Shown here: in pieces, positions 42,602-52,275 of the stretch
Layout: the number at the start of each line of letters is the position of its first letter
How positions within the stretch are numbered: the stretch's first letter is position 1
DNA from: an uncultured delta proteobacterium
Lineage (GTDB): Bacteria; Desulfobacterota; Binatia; Binatales; Binataceae
Length of the DNA stretch: 64,000 nt
Reading direction: 5' to 3'
Assembly (NCBI GenBank): GCA_963765675.1
Contig: CAVXXK010000001.1
Location: 1,056,001-1,120,000, forward strand
Notes under the pieces: generated by a model
Database searches by the model: none
Told to the model about the DNA's origin: nothing
What the model saw: only the letters and a program-made list of their open reading frames with translations
Position numbers and translations under genes: made by a program

Positions 42602-42901
42602 TCAACGGTCGCCGCGAATTTCATCGAGAGCACCTGCAGCGGCGCCGCTCGGGAGTCCGAGCCCTCTGGCCTTCCACTTCCACCGTCCCTTCGGTTCTCT
42701 GGCGCGGGTCAGGTCGCCACGTTCGGACAGCGAATCCAGAAGATCGCCGAGCGACTCAGGCGTGCCGGGCTGTCTGCGCGAGGGGCGCAGCTCGGCCACC
42801 ACCTCGTCGCGGTCGGTCACCAATACGGTCTCGCCACCGCGCACTATCCGCAGGTATTCCGACAACCTCGACTTCAGCAGTTTTACGCCCACCGATTTCA
42901 C
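42602..42901 (-). CDS. Phd/YefM family antitoxin
   Basis: VG.K.LK.RLSEYL..V..GE.V.VTDR...VAEL. Confidence 0.88.
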   Translation of the reverse strand: MKSVGVKLLKSRLSEYLRIVRGGETVLVTDRDEVVAELRPSRRQPGTPESLGDLLDSLSERGDLTRAREPKGRWKWKARGLGLPSGAAAGALDEIRGDR

Positions 42902-43042
42902 TCTTTTATAGTAGTCACCGGTGGTCACGTAATCAACAGACCGCGGTGCATGCGTGCGGCTTGTCCGCCGATTACCCATCGACTAACTTCTAGCGGTGGA
43001 AGGCGCCCTGACGGCGCCGATTCTTTCCCTAGAGGTTTTCCC

Positions 43043-43969
43043 TTGGCGGCGACCAATCTGCGTACAGACAAGATCTGGATGGACGGAACCCTGGTGCCCT
43101 ACGACGAGGCCAACGTCCATGTCCTGACTCACAGCCTGCACTACGGGCTCGCGGTATTCGAAGGGATGCGCTGCTACAAGCTCGACGCGGGAGGCTCGGC
43201 GATTTTCCGCGGCAAGGAGCATATTCGCCGCCTGCTCGAATCGGCGCATATAGTCGAGATGCCGATGCATCACAGCTCCGAGGAGCTGCTTAAGGCCTGC
43301 GCCGATGTGGTCCGCGTGAACAAGCTCGCGGAGTGCTACCTGCGCCCGATCGCTTTTTACGGCGAGGGCGAGATGGGGCTTGCGGCGCGGGGCAACAAGA
43401 CTCGGGTCGCGATCGCGGCGTGGCCGTGGGGCGCGTACCTGGGCGAAGACGGCCTCAACAAGGGAGTCAGGCTCAAGACTTCATCGTTCGTGCGGTTTCA
43501 TCACAACTCGATGATGCCGGCGGCGAAGGCGTCGGGGAATTATATCAACTCGATCCTCGCCGGCTACGAAGCGCGCCGCGGCGGCTACGACGAGGCTCTC
43601 CTGCTCGACACCCAGGGCTTCGTGGCCGAGGGCAGTGGTGAGAACGTGTTCGTGATTCGGGACGGAATCGTGCGCACGCCGACACTGAGCTCGATCCTGC
43701 CGGGCATCACGCGCGACTCAGTCATAAGGATCCTGCACGACAATTCGATCGAGGTGCGCGAGGAGCTTTTCGCGCGCGACGCCTTCTATGTCGCCGATGA
43801 GGCGTTCATGACCGGCACCGCCGCCGAGGTTACTCCGGTGGTCGAGCTCGACGATCGCCGCATCGGGAGCGGCACGCCAGGACCGATCACGCGCATCGTG
43901 CAAAAGGCGTTTCAGGACGCGCTGCACGGCCGCGGTGGAAAATATCCCGAGTGGCTCTATCGGATCTGA
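43043..43969 (+). CDS. ilvE: branched-chain amino acid aminotransferase
   Basis: HSLHYG..VFEG, AKASGNY, EGSGEN.F, ILPGIT, TGTAAEV. Confidence 0.96.
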   Translation: MAATNLRTDKIWMDGTLVPYDEANVHVLTHSLHYGLAVFEGMRCYKLDAGGSAIFRGKEHIRRLLESAHIVEMPMHHSSEELLKACADVVRVNKLAECYLRPIAFYGEGEMGLAARGNKTRVAIAAWPWGAYLGEDGLNKGVRLKTSSFVRFHHNSMMPAAKASGNYINSILAGYEARRGGYDEALLLDTQGFVAEGSGENVFVIRDGIVRTPTLSSILPGITRDSVIRILHDNSIEVREELFARDAFYVADEAFMTGTAAEVTPVVELDDRRIGSGTPGPITRIVQKAFQDALHGRGGKYPEWLYRI

Positions 43970-43978
43970 GGAGTCGAT

Positions 43979-44587
43979 ATGAAGATGCTCGCAACCGGAT
44001 TGGTCATTGCCGCGGTGGTGATCCTCGCGGTGGTAGCGCTCAGGCCGCGCGTCGCGCGCGCCGAGCTACTCAAGCAAGGGCAAGTCGCGCCCGGCTTCTC
44101 GACCCAGATGGTGGAGGGCGATCAGACAGTTCCGATCTCGCTGGCCGATCTGCGCGGCAAAACGGTGGTGCTGTATTTCTACCCCAAGGATGACACGCCA
44201 GGATGCACCAAAGAAGCGTGCGCCTTCCGCGACGGCTTCGCGCGCTTTCAGTCGGCGGGATTGGTGGTGCTCGGATGCAGCGTGCAGGACTCCGACCAGC
44301 ATCGCGCGTTTATCAAGAAGTACAATATCCCGTTTCCGTTGCTGCTCGACCCGGATAAGAAAATCGCAACCGAGTACGGCGCCGCCAACGGAATTCCGAT
44401 CCTCGGGCTGGACCGGCGCATTACCTACGTGATCGATGGCGACGGCCGAATCGCTAAGGTTTATCCGAGCGTCGATCCGTCGGTGCACGCAACTCAGATT
44501 CTGACCGACCTGAAAATTCCGGAGCATCCCGCCGCCGCGCCCTCGCCGGCTGACGCCGTCCCCGGACCGGGTGCCTCCGCTGATTAG
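43979..44587 (+). CDS. exported BCP/PrxQ peroxiredoxin
   Basis: YFYPKDDTPGCTKEAC; N-terminal signal/TM segment. Confidence 0.92.
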   Translation: MKMLATGLVIAAVVILAVVALRPRVARAELLKQGQVAPGFSTQMVEGDQTVPISLADLRGKTVVLYFYPKDDTPGCTKEACAFRDGFARFQSAGLVVLGCSVQDSDQHRAFIKKYNIPFPLLLDPDKKIATEYGAANGIPILGLDRRITYVIDGDGRIAKVYPSVDPSVHATQILTDLKIPEHPAAAPSPADAVPGPGASAD

Positions 44588-45318
44588 CTTGCGGTAGCCT
44601 CGACGGGCGAGTAGCCGAGGCTGACTGCCAGCATCACCGACGCCGCGGCCAGCACCGCGGCGTCGTTGATCTTGCTTATGCGCACCGCGAGGGCCGCCAG
44701 ATGCACGAACATCTCGGTTTCCTCATCGTCGCGGCGGCCTACCAGTCCGTCGAGGTCGAACATCGCGTCGATTAACGGATTAGGATCATAGCCCGACTCG
44801 GCCAGCGCCTCGCGCGTGGCGACGCGCCAGAATTCGCGCGGCTCGATTTTCTCGAAGTCGACCAGCTCGGCGATTCGCGCGCGAATCCGCGGAATCAGGC
44901 GCCGGTAGCGATCGTTTGCGTCCAGATATTCGGCAACATCCTGCCCCTCGAGAAAATCTCCGACCGTGCCGTCGTCGCCATAGACGCCGAGCGAGCCGGG
45001 CGCCGGTTCGAGCCGGACGAATCTCTCGCCGCGTCCGTCGGGAGCACGCTCGAGACCGAGCGGATAGAGCCGGCAGGAGAGAGGACGGCCCTCGTGGATC
45101 CGGCATCGCACGCCGTCGAGCATCGAGCATGCGCCGCCCGCCTCGAATCTGAGAATCGATCCGCGCCGCAGCGTGAAGCGCGCGATCGCCTCGCGCGTCG
45201 AAACTCCGGCAGCCCGCGCGATACGCAACACGTCATACGGCGCGAGCGTGATCACTTTGTCGCGGCAGCATTTTCCGCACGCCTTGCAATCGTAGGAGAA
45301 TGGTGTAGCGCGGTTCAC
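44584..45318 (-). CDS. YkgJ-family cysteine-cluster protein
   Basis: C..CGKCC and C..L...RC.IH..RP..CR.YP. Confidence 0.85.
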   Translation of the reverse strand: MNRATPFSYDCKACGKCCRDKVITLAPYDVLRIARAAGVSTREAIARFTLRRGSILRFEAGGACSMLDGVRCRIHEGRPLSCRLYPLGLERAPDGRGERFVRLEPAPGSLGVYGDDGTVGDFLEGQDVAEYLDANDRYRRLIPRIRARIAELVDFEKIEPREFWRVATREALAESGYDPNPLIDAMFDLDGLVGRRDDEETEMFVHLAALAVRISKINDAAVLAAASVMLAVSLGYSPVEATAS

Positions 45319-45749
45319 GACTTGGTGGCGGAGGCTAAATCTCCGGGAACGAAGCCCGGCACCCATTTCTCGTACTTCGGTAAATCGTCGTCGAGGTTCA
45401 CCCACGCGGCCTTTGACGACGTGAACACATGCATCGAAGGGCGTACGCCCGGGTCGTCCTCCAATACGCCGGCCGGAACGCTAACCATACCAGTCGCGTC
45501 GACGAACTTCGGAGCGGGCGAGCCGCATCGGCTACAGAAGCTCCGCGCATGGCCGGGGGTCCATTCGTATCCCGGGTTGATCAAATCTTCGCCGCTCAGG
45601 AGCTTGAACCTTTCGGAACGCACATGCGCAAACGTTGCGACTGAGGCCCCGGTGGTCTTGCGACAGACCGAGCAATGACAGTAGGTCATCGCGCGCACCT
45701 TTTCGATTTCGAACCTGATTCCTCCGCACATGCAGCTTCCGTGGATCAT
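45315..45749 (-). CDS. GFA (glutathione-dependent formaldehyde-activating) family protein
   Basis: GSCMCG, CHCSVCRK, FCSRCGS. Confidence 0.9.
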   Translation of the reverse strand: MIHGSCMCGGIRFEIEKVRAMTYCHCSVCRKTTGASVATFAHVRSERFKLLSGEDLINPGYEWTPGHARSFCSRCGSPAPKFVDATGMVSVPAGVLEDDPGVRPSMHVFTSSKAAWVNLDDDLPKYEKWVPGFVPGDLASATKS

Positions 45750-46014
45750 GGCTACCTCCCGATCGATTTTGCACTGGATCTGCTTCAAGAGATCGGAGTA
45801 ATCGTTCTGTACTCCAGTCTGAATTTTTCTCGTTTTGATTTCACATGCAACCATCGCCTGATCGCGCCGATTCAGCGCGATTATCCAATTCCATTGAACG
45901 ATCGGTATTTTTTCGCTTCGCCGGCGCTTGCAGGAGGCTTCGTGGCGCGCTACCCAAACGGGGCCGGCTTCGATAGCATCGGAATGCGGAATCAAACAGG
46001 AAGGTTAGCTCGCG

Positions 46015-47199
46015 ATGGATTTTAACTGGTCGCCCGAACAAGAATCCTACCGAATGGAAGTCAGAAAGTGGCTCGAGGCCAATCAGCCTCCGCCGCTTGC
46101 GCAGATCGACGAAGAAAACAGCGGCGATGATGTTGTTTGGAATCGCCTCAAGGCCTGGCACACCAAGCTCTACGAGGCGGGATGGGCCGGGCTCACGTGG
46201 CCCAAAGAATACGGCGGCCGCGGCGCAACCTTTATCGAGCAGGTCATCTTTCAGCAGGAGCTCGGGCGGCTCGGACTGCCGATGGGATGCAACGTGCTGG
46301 GCGTGATCATGAACGGCCCTGCGCTGATGCAGTGGGGCACCGAAGAACAGAAAAAACGCTACCTGCAGCCGATCCTCGCCGGCGAAGAAATCTGGTGCGA
46401 AGGGATGTCGGAGCCGGGCGCCGGCTCGGACCTGGCCGCGATCCAGTGCCGCGCCGAGTTGAAGGGCGACGACTTCGTCGTCAACGGGCAGAAGGTTTGG
46501 ACCACGATCGCGCATCGCTCGCACTTCTGCCAGCTTTTCGTCCGCACCGATCCCGACGCACCCAAGCATAAGGGGATGAGCGCGCTGATCGTCGATATGA
46601 AAAGTCCGGGAGTCACCGTGCGTCCGCTCAAGCAGATCACCGGCGATTCCGAGTTCAACGAAATTTTCTTCGAGGACGTAAAGGTTCCCAAGGAAAATCT
46701 GCTCGGACCGATGAATCAGGGATGGCAAGTGCTCGTCGCCACGCTGATGCACGAGCGGTTCGGAATCGGCGAGACGATCGGAGGCACCGAGCAGACCCTG
46801 CACGCGCTGGTCGAGTTGGCCAAGCGCGCGCAGATTAACGGGCGTCCCGCGATCGAAGAGGACGATATCCGCCAGCAACTCGCGCAATTCGCAATCGAGG
46901 TCGCGGCGAAGAAGTACAACGGATTGCGTTCGCTCTCGCGGCGGCTCAAGGGCCTCCAGCCCGGCTCCGAGGCGTCGATCTCGAAGCTGGTCTCGACCGA
47001 TCTCGGCCAGCGGATGGTCAAGTTCACGACGCGGCTGCTCGGCGAATACGCGATGCTCGAGTCGCATACGCCGTTCGCCCCGCGCGGCGATTGGATGAAG
47101 CGCATCCTCCAATCCGAGTCGATGACGATTGCGGGCGGCACCTCGATGGTGCAGCGCAACATGATCGGCGAGCGAATCCTCGGACTGCCGAAGGGCTGA
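46015..47199 (+). CDS. acyl-CoA dehydrogenase
   Basis: WPKEYGG, SEPGAGSDLA, NGQKVWT, FNE.FF, TIAGGT...QRN.I.ER.LGLP. Confidence 0.95.
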   Translation: MDFNWSPEQESYRMEVRKWLEANQPPPLAQIDEENSGDDVVWNRLKAWHTKLYEAGWAGLTWPKEYGGRGATFIEQVIFQQELGRLGLPMGCNVLGVIMNGPALMQWGTEEQKKRYLQPILAGEEIWCEGMSEPGAGSDLAAIQCRAELKGDDFVVNGQKVWTTIAHRSHFCQLFVRTDPDAPKHKGMSALIVDMKSPGVTVRPLKQITGDSEFNEIFFEDVKVPKENLLGPMNQGWQVLVATLMHERFGIGETIGGTEQTLHALVELAKRAQINGRPAIEEDDIRQQLAQFAIEVAAKKYNGLRSLSRRLKGLQPGSEASISKLVSTDLGQRMVKFTTRLLGEYAMLESHTPFAPRGDWMKRILQSESMTIAGGTSMVQRNMIGERILGLPKG

Positions 47200-47225
47200 G
47201 TCTCCCGCGAATACGTCGAAGCAAC

Positions 47226-47261
47226 GAAGGGCGGTTCGTCATGAGCCGCCCTTCTTTTTTT
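47226..47261 (+). terminator. intrinsic terminator
   Basis: GAAGGGCGGTTC-GTCAT-GAGCCGCCCTTC hairpin followed by T7. Confidence 0.85.
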
Positions 47262-47281
47262 GATTGGGAACCTCGCCGTAG

Positions 47282-47297
47282 AGGCATCGATTTTGCT
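47282..47297 (+). promoter_or_regulatory. putative sigma54 promoter of amtB
   Basis: AGGCATCGATTTTGCT (GG-N10-GC) just after the terminator, ~130 bp before amtB. Confidence 0.55.
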
Positions 47298-47424
47298 CGA
47301 TTCCTCGGCAACGGCATAAACCGCGTTGGCGACGGGGGTTACTGCCGAATCGTTGGGCGACTGCTGCTCATACGGGCGGCATCGGTGTATCTGGCGCTTT
47401 TGACGCCATTATCGGAGGCTCCTG

Positions 47425-48786
47425 ATGGCTCGCAGGGATGCGCTCGCGCGTAGTTCCGTCCTTTTCACAACCTTTCTCGTAATTGCCGCCGCGTCATTGT
47501 TCGTGATCGCAGGCGCGTCCTCGGCGCACGCAGCGATTCCGGGCGCGCCGAAGATCAACGGCGCCGATACCGCATGGGTTCTGCTCTCAGCGGTGCTGGT
47601 CCTGATGATGACGATTCCCGGCCTCGCGCTGTTTTACGGCGGGATGGTGCGGCGCAAAAACGTGCTCTCAACGCTGATGCAGAGCTTCATCCTTGCGGGG
47701 CTCGTGTCGATTCAGTGGGTGCTCTTCGGCTACAGCATCGCGTTTGCGCCCGGCAGCGGATTCGCCGGCGCGCTCTCGTGGGCCGGCCTTGCGGGCGTCA
47801 GCGCGACACAGCCGTACGCCGCATATTCCGCGACGATCCCGCATCAGGCCTACATGATCTATCAGTGCATGTTCGCGATTATCACCCCGGCGCTGATTAC
47901 CGGCGCGATCGCGGAGCGGATGACGTTCAGGGGATTCGTGATCTTCAGCCTGCTCTGGACGACGCTAATTTACGATCCGCTGGCGCATTGGGTGTGGGGC
48001 TCCGACGGATGGATCCACGCGATGGGCGCGCTGGATTTCGCGGGCGGCACGGTGGTGCACATCTCGTCGGGTGCTGCCGCGCTGGCCGGCGCGCTGCTGG
48101 TCGGCAAGCGGCGCGGGTATCTGAAGGAGCACATGGCGCCGCATAATCTGACGCTGACGATCACCGGCGCGGGCCTCTTGTGGGTCGGATGGTTCGGGTT
48201 CAACGCGGGCAGCTCGCTTGCGGCCGACGGCCTGGCGGTCTCGGCGTTCGTCGCGACGCATCTGGGCGCGGCGGCCGCGATGCTCTCGTGGGTTGCGGTG
48301 GAATGGTTCGTCGCAGGCAAGCCGACCACGCTCGGCGCGGCTTCGGGAGCGGTCGCGGGACTGGTCGCGATTACGCCCGCCTCGGGCTACGTGGGACCGA
48401 TGCCGGCGATAGTCATCGGAGTAGTCGCCGGAGGGCTATGCTTTGGCGCGGTGCGGATGAAATCGCTCTTCGGCTACGACGACGCGCTCGACGTGGTGGG
48501 CGTGCACATGATTGGCGGAATCTGGGGTGCGCTCGCGACCGGAATTTTCGCCAGCCTCGCAATCAATGCGGCCGGCGGCAACGGACTAATCGAGGGAAAT
48601 CCGCATCAGCTCCTGGTGCAGGCGATCGCGGTGGTCGCGAGCGTCGCGTTCTCATTCGTCGGCAGCGCGGTGCTGTTCAAGGTGACCGACGCGCTGGTCG
48701 GAATCCGCGTCGACGACGAAGGCCAGTACATGGGCCTCGACCTAAGCGAGCACGAGGAGAACGCCTACGCCTTCGTCGAGGGCTGA
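47425..48786 (+). CDS. amtB: ammonium transporter
   Basis: PGLALFYGG, DFAGGTVVH, GWFGFN, DD.LDV.GVH. Confidence 0.97.
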   Translation: MARRDALARSSVLFTTFLVIAAASLFVIAGASSAHAAIPGAPKINGADTAWVLLSAVLVLMMTIPGLALFYGGMVRRKNVLSTLMQSFILAGLVSIQWVLFGYSIAFAPGSGFAGALSWAGLAGVSATQPYAAYSATIPHQAYMIYQCMFAIITPALITGAIAERMTFRGFVIFSLLWTTLIYDPLAHWVWGSDGWIHAMGALDFAGGTVVHISSGAAALAGALLVGKRRGYLKEHMAPHNLTLTITGAGLLWVGWFGFNAGSSLAADGLAVSAFVATHLGAAAAMLSWVAVEWFVAGKPTTLGAASGAVAGLVAITPASGYVGPMPAIVIGVVAGGLCFGAVRMKSLFGYDDALDVVGVHMIGGIWGALATGIFASLAINAAGGNGLIEGNPHQLLVQAIAVVASVAFSFVGSAVLFKVTDALVGIRVDDEGQYMGLDLSEHEENAYAFVEG

Positions 48787-48912
48787 CAGCGGCCTTCCAC
48801 CGGCAAGCGCCGCATCCACGGGAAGCGCGGTCCCATCGGTATCTTGGTCTCCGTTTGTCGGGGTATCGGCACGGCCGTCCACAGGCTTATGTATTGCTAG
48901 GTCATAGGAGAG

Positions 48913-48941
48913 TTGGAATTTAAGGCCACTATAACTATAAT
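48913..48941 (+). promoter_or_regulatory. sigma70-type promoter of the three-gene insert
   Basis: TTGGAA-N17-TATAAT in AT-rich DNA, 95 bp before ATG 49036. Confidence 0.6.
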
Positions 48942-49035
48942 CTCTTAAGAATATGGACAACGCCGGGTATTGTGTTTAGCTTTGTTTCGAGGGGTTGATA
49001 CTCGGTTTTGACCTTTAAGGTAAACCGCTCAAAGT

Positions 49036-49839
49036 ATGAGAATTTCCTTTCTTCGCGCACCTTTGGTAGAGATTATCGCAGAATTGCGCTGGGAACCATC
49101 AATATCGCCTCTCCCTCAGGCCGGCCCGCAACCCCTTCCGGCTCTATATCTGGGGGCCAATCAGGTCGAGAACTTCCTACATCGGTTTGGCGGCGAGATC
49201 TACTCACAGGGTTTTGATCGCACGGAGCGGCTCCTTCCCAGCGGTGTTCCCGTGCCTCAAGGCCAAGTCATGGCGCGTTTCAAACGCAAGATGACAGATG
49301 ACGCCAACGTCCTCTATCAGGCTGGAATCGGCGTCTTTTCAGCAAATGCAACTCCTCCTTACCATTCTTGGGAAGCGTTCGCCCCGGTCGTCAAAGTGGG
49401 GGTGGAAGCGCTTTTGCGGTCGCGCGAAGATGAGGAAAAATCGACTAAGTTCAGCTCGGTTAGCTTAAGATATATCGATGCATTCGGGGCAGACTTGAGA
49501 GGCGGTCGCGAGCCTCTGGAATTCTTGACCAGCGTTCTTCAGATAAATGTTGGTCTTCCTAGGGTGGTGCTCGATCACTCGATAAAAGGGCAGCCACCAA
49601 AGCCCTTTGTGATGGCTGCGATTTCAGTGCCTGAGGGGGTACTTCGGATCAATGCTGGTGAGGCAACTGTCAGCGGTACAAATGCTGTATTGCTCGATAT
49701 GACGCTCTCGACGAAAGAACCAGTAGATCCTGTTTTAGAAGCTGTGATGGATTCACTGGAACGGGAGCATTCGATCATCCACGACATATTCATGGGGCTT
49801 ACTGAACCCATTCGGGAGTTGATGCTGCCGGCTCATTGA
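49036..49839 (+). CDS. TIGR04255-like protein
   Basis: APLVEIIAELRW, N..PPY.SWE.F, SLRYID.F, LLDM, H..I..IF pattern; 267 aa. Confidence 0.75.
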   Translation: MRISFLRAPLVEIIAELRWEPSISPLPQAGPQPLPALYLGANQVENFLHRFGGEIYSQGFDRTERLLPSGVPVPQGQVMARFKRKMTDDANVLYQAGIGVFSANATPPYHSWEAFAPVVKVGVEALLRSREDEEKSTKFSSVSLRYIDAFGADLRGGREPLEFLTSVLQINVGLPRVVLDHSIKGQPPKPFVMAAISVPEGVLRINAGEATVSGTNAVLLDMTLSTKEPVDPVLEAVMDSLEREHSIIHDIFMGLTEPIRELMLPAH

Positions 49840-49868
49840 AGACAGTTCAAAGAGGATAGTAGGAAGAG

Positions 49869-50420
49869 ATGAGTATCTGGTTACCTCCCCGCGACTTGGC
49901 GCTGATGGTTTCGGTCGATGTTTACGAGTCAATTGGTATCTCATCCGCCAATTATTTTCTGCAACCCCAGGTCGAGTATCGCGTTTCGGCGCATCATGAT
50001 TTCGAGTTCGAACGAGCGAAAGGCGAAATCAGAGAAATAGCAAAACTAGAATCGAACTGGGACGGTTACGGCGCTGCCCCAATTCAAAACCAGACGAAGC
50101 AAAATGCATTGGAGGCCGCCGATCTGATATTTGGCACAGCTCCAATTCCGGAAATCGCGCCGAATCCCAATGGGACGATCTCCATGGAGTGGGAGTCTGA
50201 GGCAGGCATAGCCCAGCTAGAAATTGGACTTTCGCGGTGGAGCTTTTTTATAGAACGGAAAGGCGGTGCGCCAATTTTGGAGGATGGACCAGCAAATCGG
50301 ATTCTACCGCAATTGGGGCTACTAGTTTCTGCGAATCTATTCCCCGCGTTACCTGCGACGACCACCTCTACGACCATTGAATCAAATGTGCAACCTGCCG
50401 ATCCACGTAGCGAACTCTGA
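49869..50420 (+). CDS. uncharacterised NWDGYGA-motif protein, putative antitoxin
   Basis: L..NWDGYGA.PI....A...P.I.P.PNG.I..EW...LEI; acidic; overlaps the next gene by 35 nt. Confidence 0.7.
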   Translation: MSIWLPPRDLALMVSVDVYESIGISSANYFLQPQVEYRVSAHHDFEFERAKGEIREIAKLESNWDGYGAAPIQNQTKQNALEAADLIFGTAPIPEIAPNPNGTISMEWESEAGIAQLEIGLSRWSFFIERKGGAPILEDGPANRILPQLGLLVSANLFPALPATTTSTTIESNVQPADPRSEL

Positions 50421-50846
50421 AAAAATCGTTCGGGCTATCATGAGCCCGTACCATGTCGACAGGAAGGGGAGGTTGAGACCCCGCGCGTTCCGGCCGGCAT
50501 CGGGTACAGACGAAGTTTCGGTTATTCGGCAATCTCACATGGGATCCGATTTCTGCAAGGACAAGGCGAAGGAAATCGCAGAACGCATTCCAGGAAAAAC
50601 ATATATTGGGTTGGCATCGGTCAGCGCCAACAGATTCGTAGCACGGGAGCCCAGATTGTTGATTCGCGAGCTGAGTTCTGCGGACACGCGCACATAAGCT
50701 ACGGAATCGTTGTTCAAAGGGACGAACCGCAGCAATCTGAACTCAATCGCCGATTAACGGAGTTTGCGCGCAAGATCCTTGACCTCGCGATCTTTCGCAT
50801 AGATCCCGACCCAAGCGCACCGACGTGGACTGGTGAAGCTCTCTGA
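50386..50846 (+). CDS. putative ART/RES-like toxin (~153 aa), 1-nt deletion at ~50629
   Basis: IVRAI...AF....EVSV.R...GLA.V, then in the shifted frame QIRSTGAQIVDSRAEFCGHAHISY...DPDPSAPTWTGEAL*. Confidence 0.6.
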
Positions 50847-50974
50847 TTTCGCACTTCTCTGTGGTCATATCTTCCTCATTCTGAAAGCCTGAAGGCTCAT
50901 CGACAGTCTGGAGCGCATTTTGCCTTCGCAAACCTCGCGTTGACTAACGGATCAATTCAAGTGCCGCGACTCCG

Positions 50975-51299
50975 CTAGAAACGACGCCCTATCGGATGTC
51001 CGCGGAGCGCGGTGAGGAGCGTGCAGGTGCCTTGCATCAGATGGCCGAGGCCGCCGGCTACTTGCGCGGTCGTGCGCCACGCCTGGTTGCTCTGATTGCG
51101 AGAGATGGTCTTCGAGATGCATTTTCTGTTGCGGTGTTAGCGAGTTGTATCCGCCTTCGTAGTAGAGCGGGGCGTAGTTCTGCGCGGCGGTCTGCGGATA
51201 CATCGCGGTGCATCCGGTTGCGCCGGTCAGAACCGCAAGAAAAAGCGCGAGCGCTACCGAGCGCGTCGCGCGGAATTCCAGGTTGCTGTCGGGCTTCAT
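50975..51299 (-). CDS. small lipoprotein paralog B (frameshift ~51098)
   Basis: ATGC lipobox; SLTPQQKMHLEDHLS then shifted NQSNQAWRTTAQVAGGLG.L.QGT matches its neighbour. Confidence 0.65.
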
Positions 51300-51330
51300 C
51301 GCGAGTACTCCGGCGATGAGCTGGATTAGT

Positions 51331-51669
51331 TCATCGCTTGACCGCCCACAGCAGGACGCCCGTTCCCTGGGTCAGCGTACCGAGGCCGCCGGCGACCGAT
51401 GCGGTCGTGCGCCACGCGGCGTTGCTCTCGTTGGAGAGATGGTCCTCTAGCTGCATCTTCTGCTCGGGCGAGAGCGAGCTGTACTGCTGGCCGTTGTAAT
51501 AGCTCGGCGTGGCCTGCTCCGCCGCGCCCTGCGGATTGAACGCGGCGCATCCGCCGAACGACAGGATCGCGGCGACGCCGATCAGAAAAACCAGCACGGC
51601 GGGCCATCGCATCTGGATCCGGTCCACCCCCGGTGCGGTTGAGAATCGAGGCTCATCGATGCTGGCCAT
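51331..51669 (-). CDS. small lipoprotein paralog A
   Basis: FGGC lipobox; SLSPEQKMQLEDHLSNESNAAWRTTASVAGGLGTLTQGTGVLLW. Confidence 0.72.
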   Translation of the reverse strand: MASIDEPRFSTAPGVDRIQMRWPAVLVFLIGVAAILSFGGCAAFNPQGAAEQATPSYYNGQQYSSLSPEQKMQLEDHLSNESNAAWRTTASVAGGLGTLTQGTGVLLWAVKR

Positions 51670-51935
51670 TGTGGTACCGCTCCTCAGCGGAAACTCAGCT
51701 TCCGCGGTTTCTCAGAGCGACGATCGTGCCATCGAGCCGCGGCGCGGCGAGCATCGTGGATGCTGCTGATTCTGGCGTGCGGATTAACACCTCGTCAGGA
51801 TTGAGGCACGCGCGCCGTGGCCCGATTTGCGAGATCGTCACGACCCTTTGACGCAATCGTGCACGCGCCCGTTTCAAGCAAAATGATGACAGTACGTTAA
51901 GGCGCGGCGCGGTTACGCGCCTGCACAGATGCCGA

Positions 51936-52184
51936 TTAGCGCTGCATCGCCTGGAAGATGAATGGCCCGGCTTCGGCCATCACCTCGCCGACGATTTCGG
52001 ACAGCGGCTTGGACGGGATCGCTAGCTTCTCGGTCAGGTTGGTCATCACGGTCAGATAACGCTGCTTCATCTCGGGGCTGATGGTTTCGAGTCGGACTGA
52101 TTCCATCACCTCGACGAAGCGCCGATGAACCTCGACGATTGCTATATCGGCGGGATCAGTGAACTTCTTCGACGAACGCGCCAT
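51936..52184 (-). CDS. small hypothetical protein
   Basis: 82 aa, helical, host-like codons, GAGGG SD. Confidence 0.7.
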   Translation of the reverse strand: MARSSKKFTDPADIAIVEVHRRFVEVMESVRLETISPEMKQRYLTVMTNLTEKLAIPSKPLSEIVGEVMAEAGPFIFQAMQR

Positions 52185-52275
52185 AACGCTACCCTCGCGC
52201 AGAGAAATCGGGCTGAGACTTGATCATATCACGCGCGCTGTCCCTTCGATGCGATGCCAGCGGAGCCGGAGATCA

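Noticed and set aside
36797-42901. Two Phd-VapC pairs as a novel system
   Set aside because: Ordinary type II TA modules with standard architecture.
51670-51935. Possible riboswitch in the long leader of the lipoprotein pair
   Set aside because: No recognisable riboswitch consensus by eye; needs an Rfam scan.
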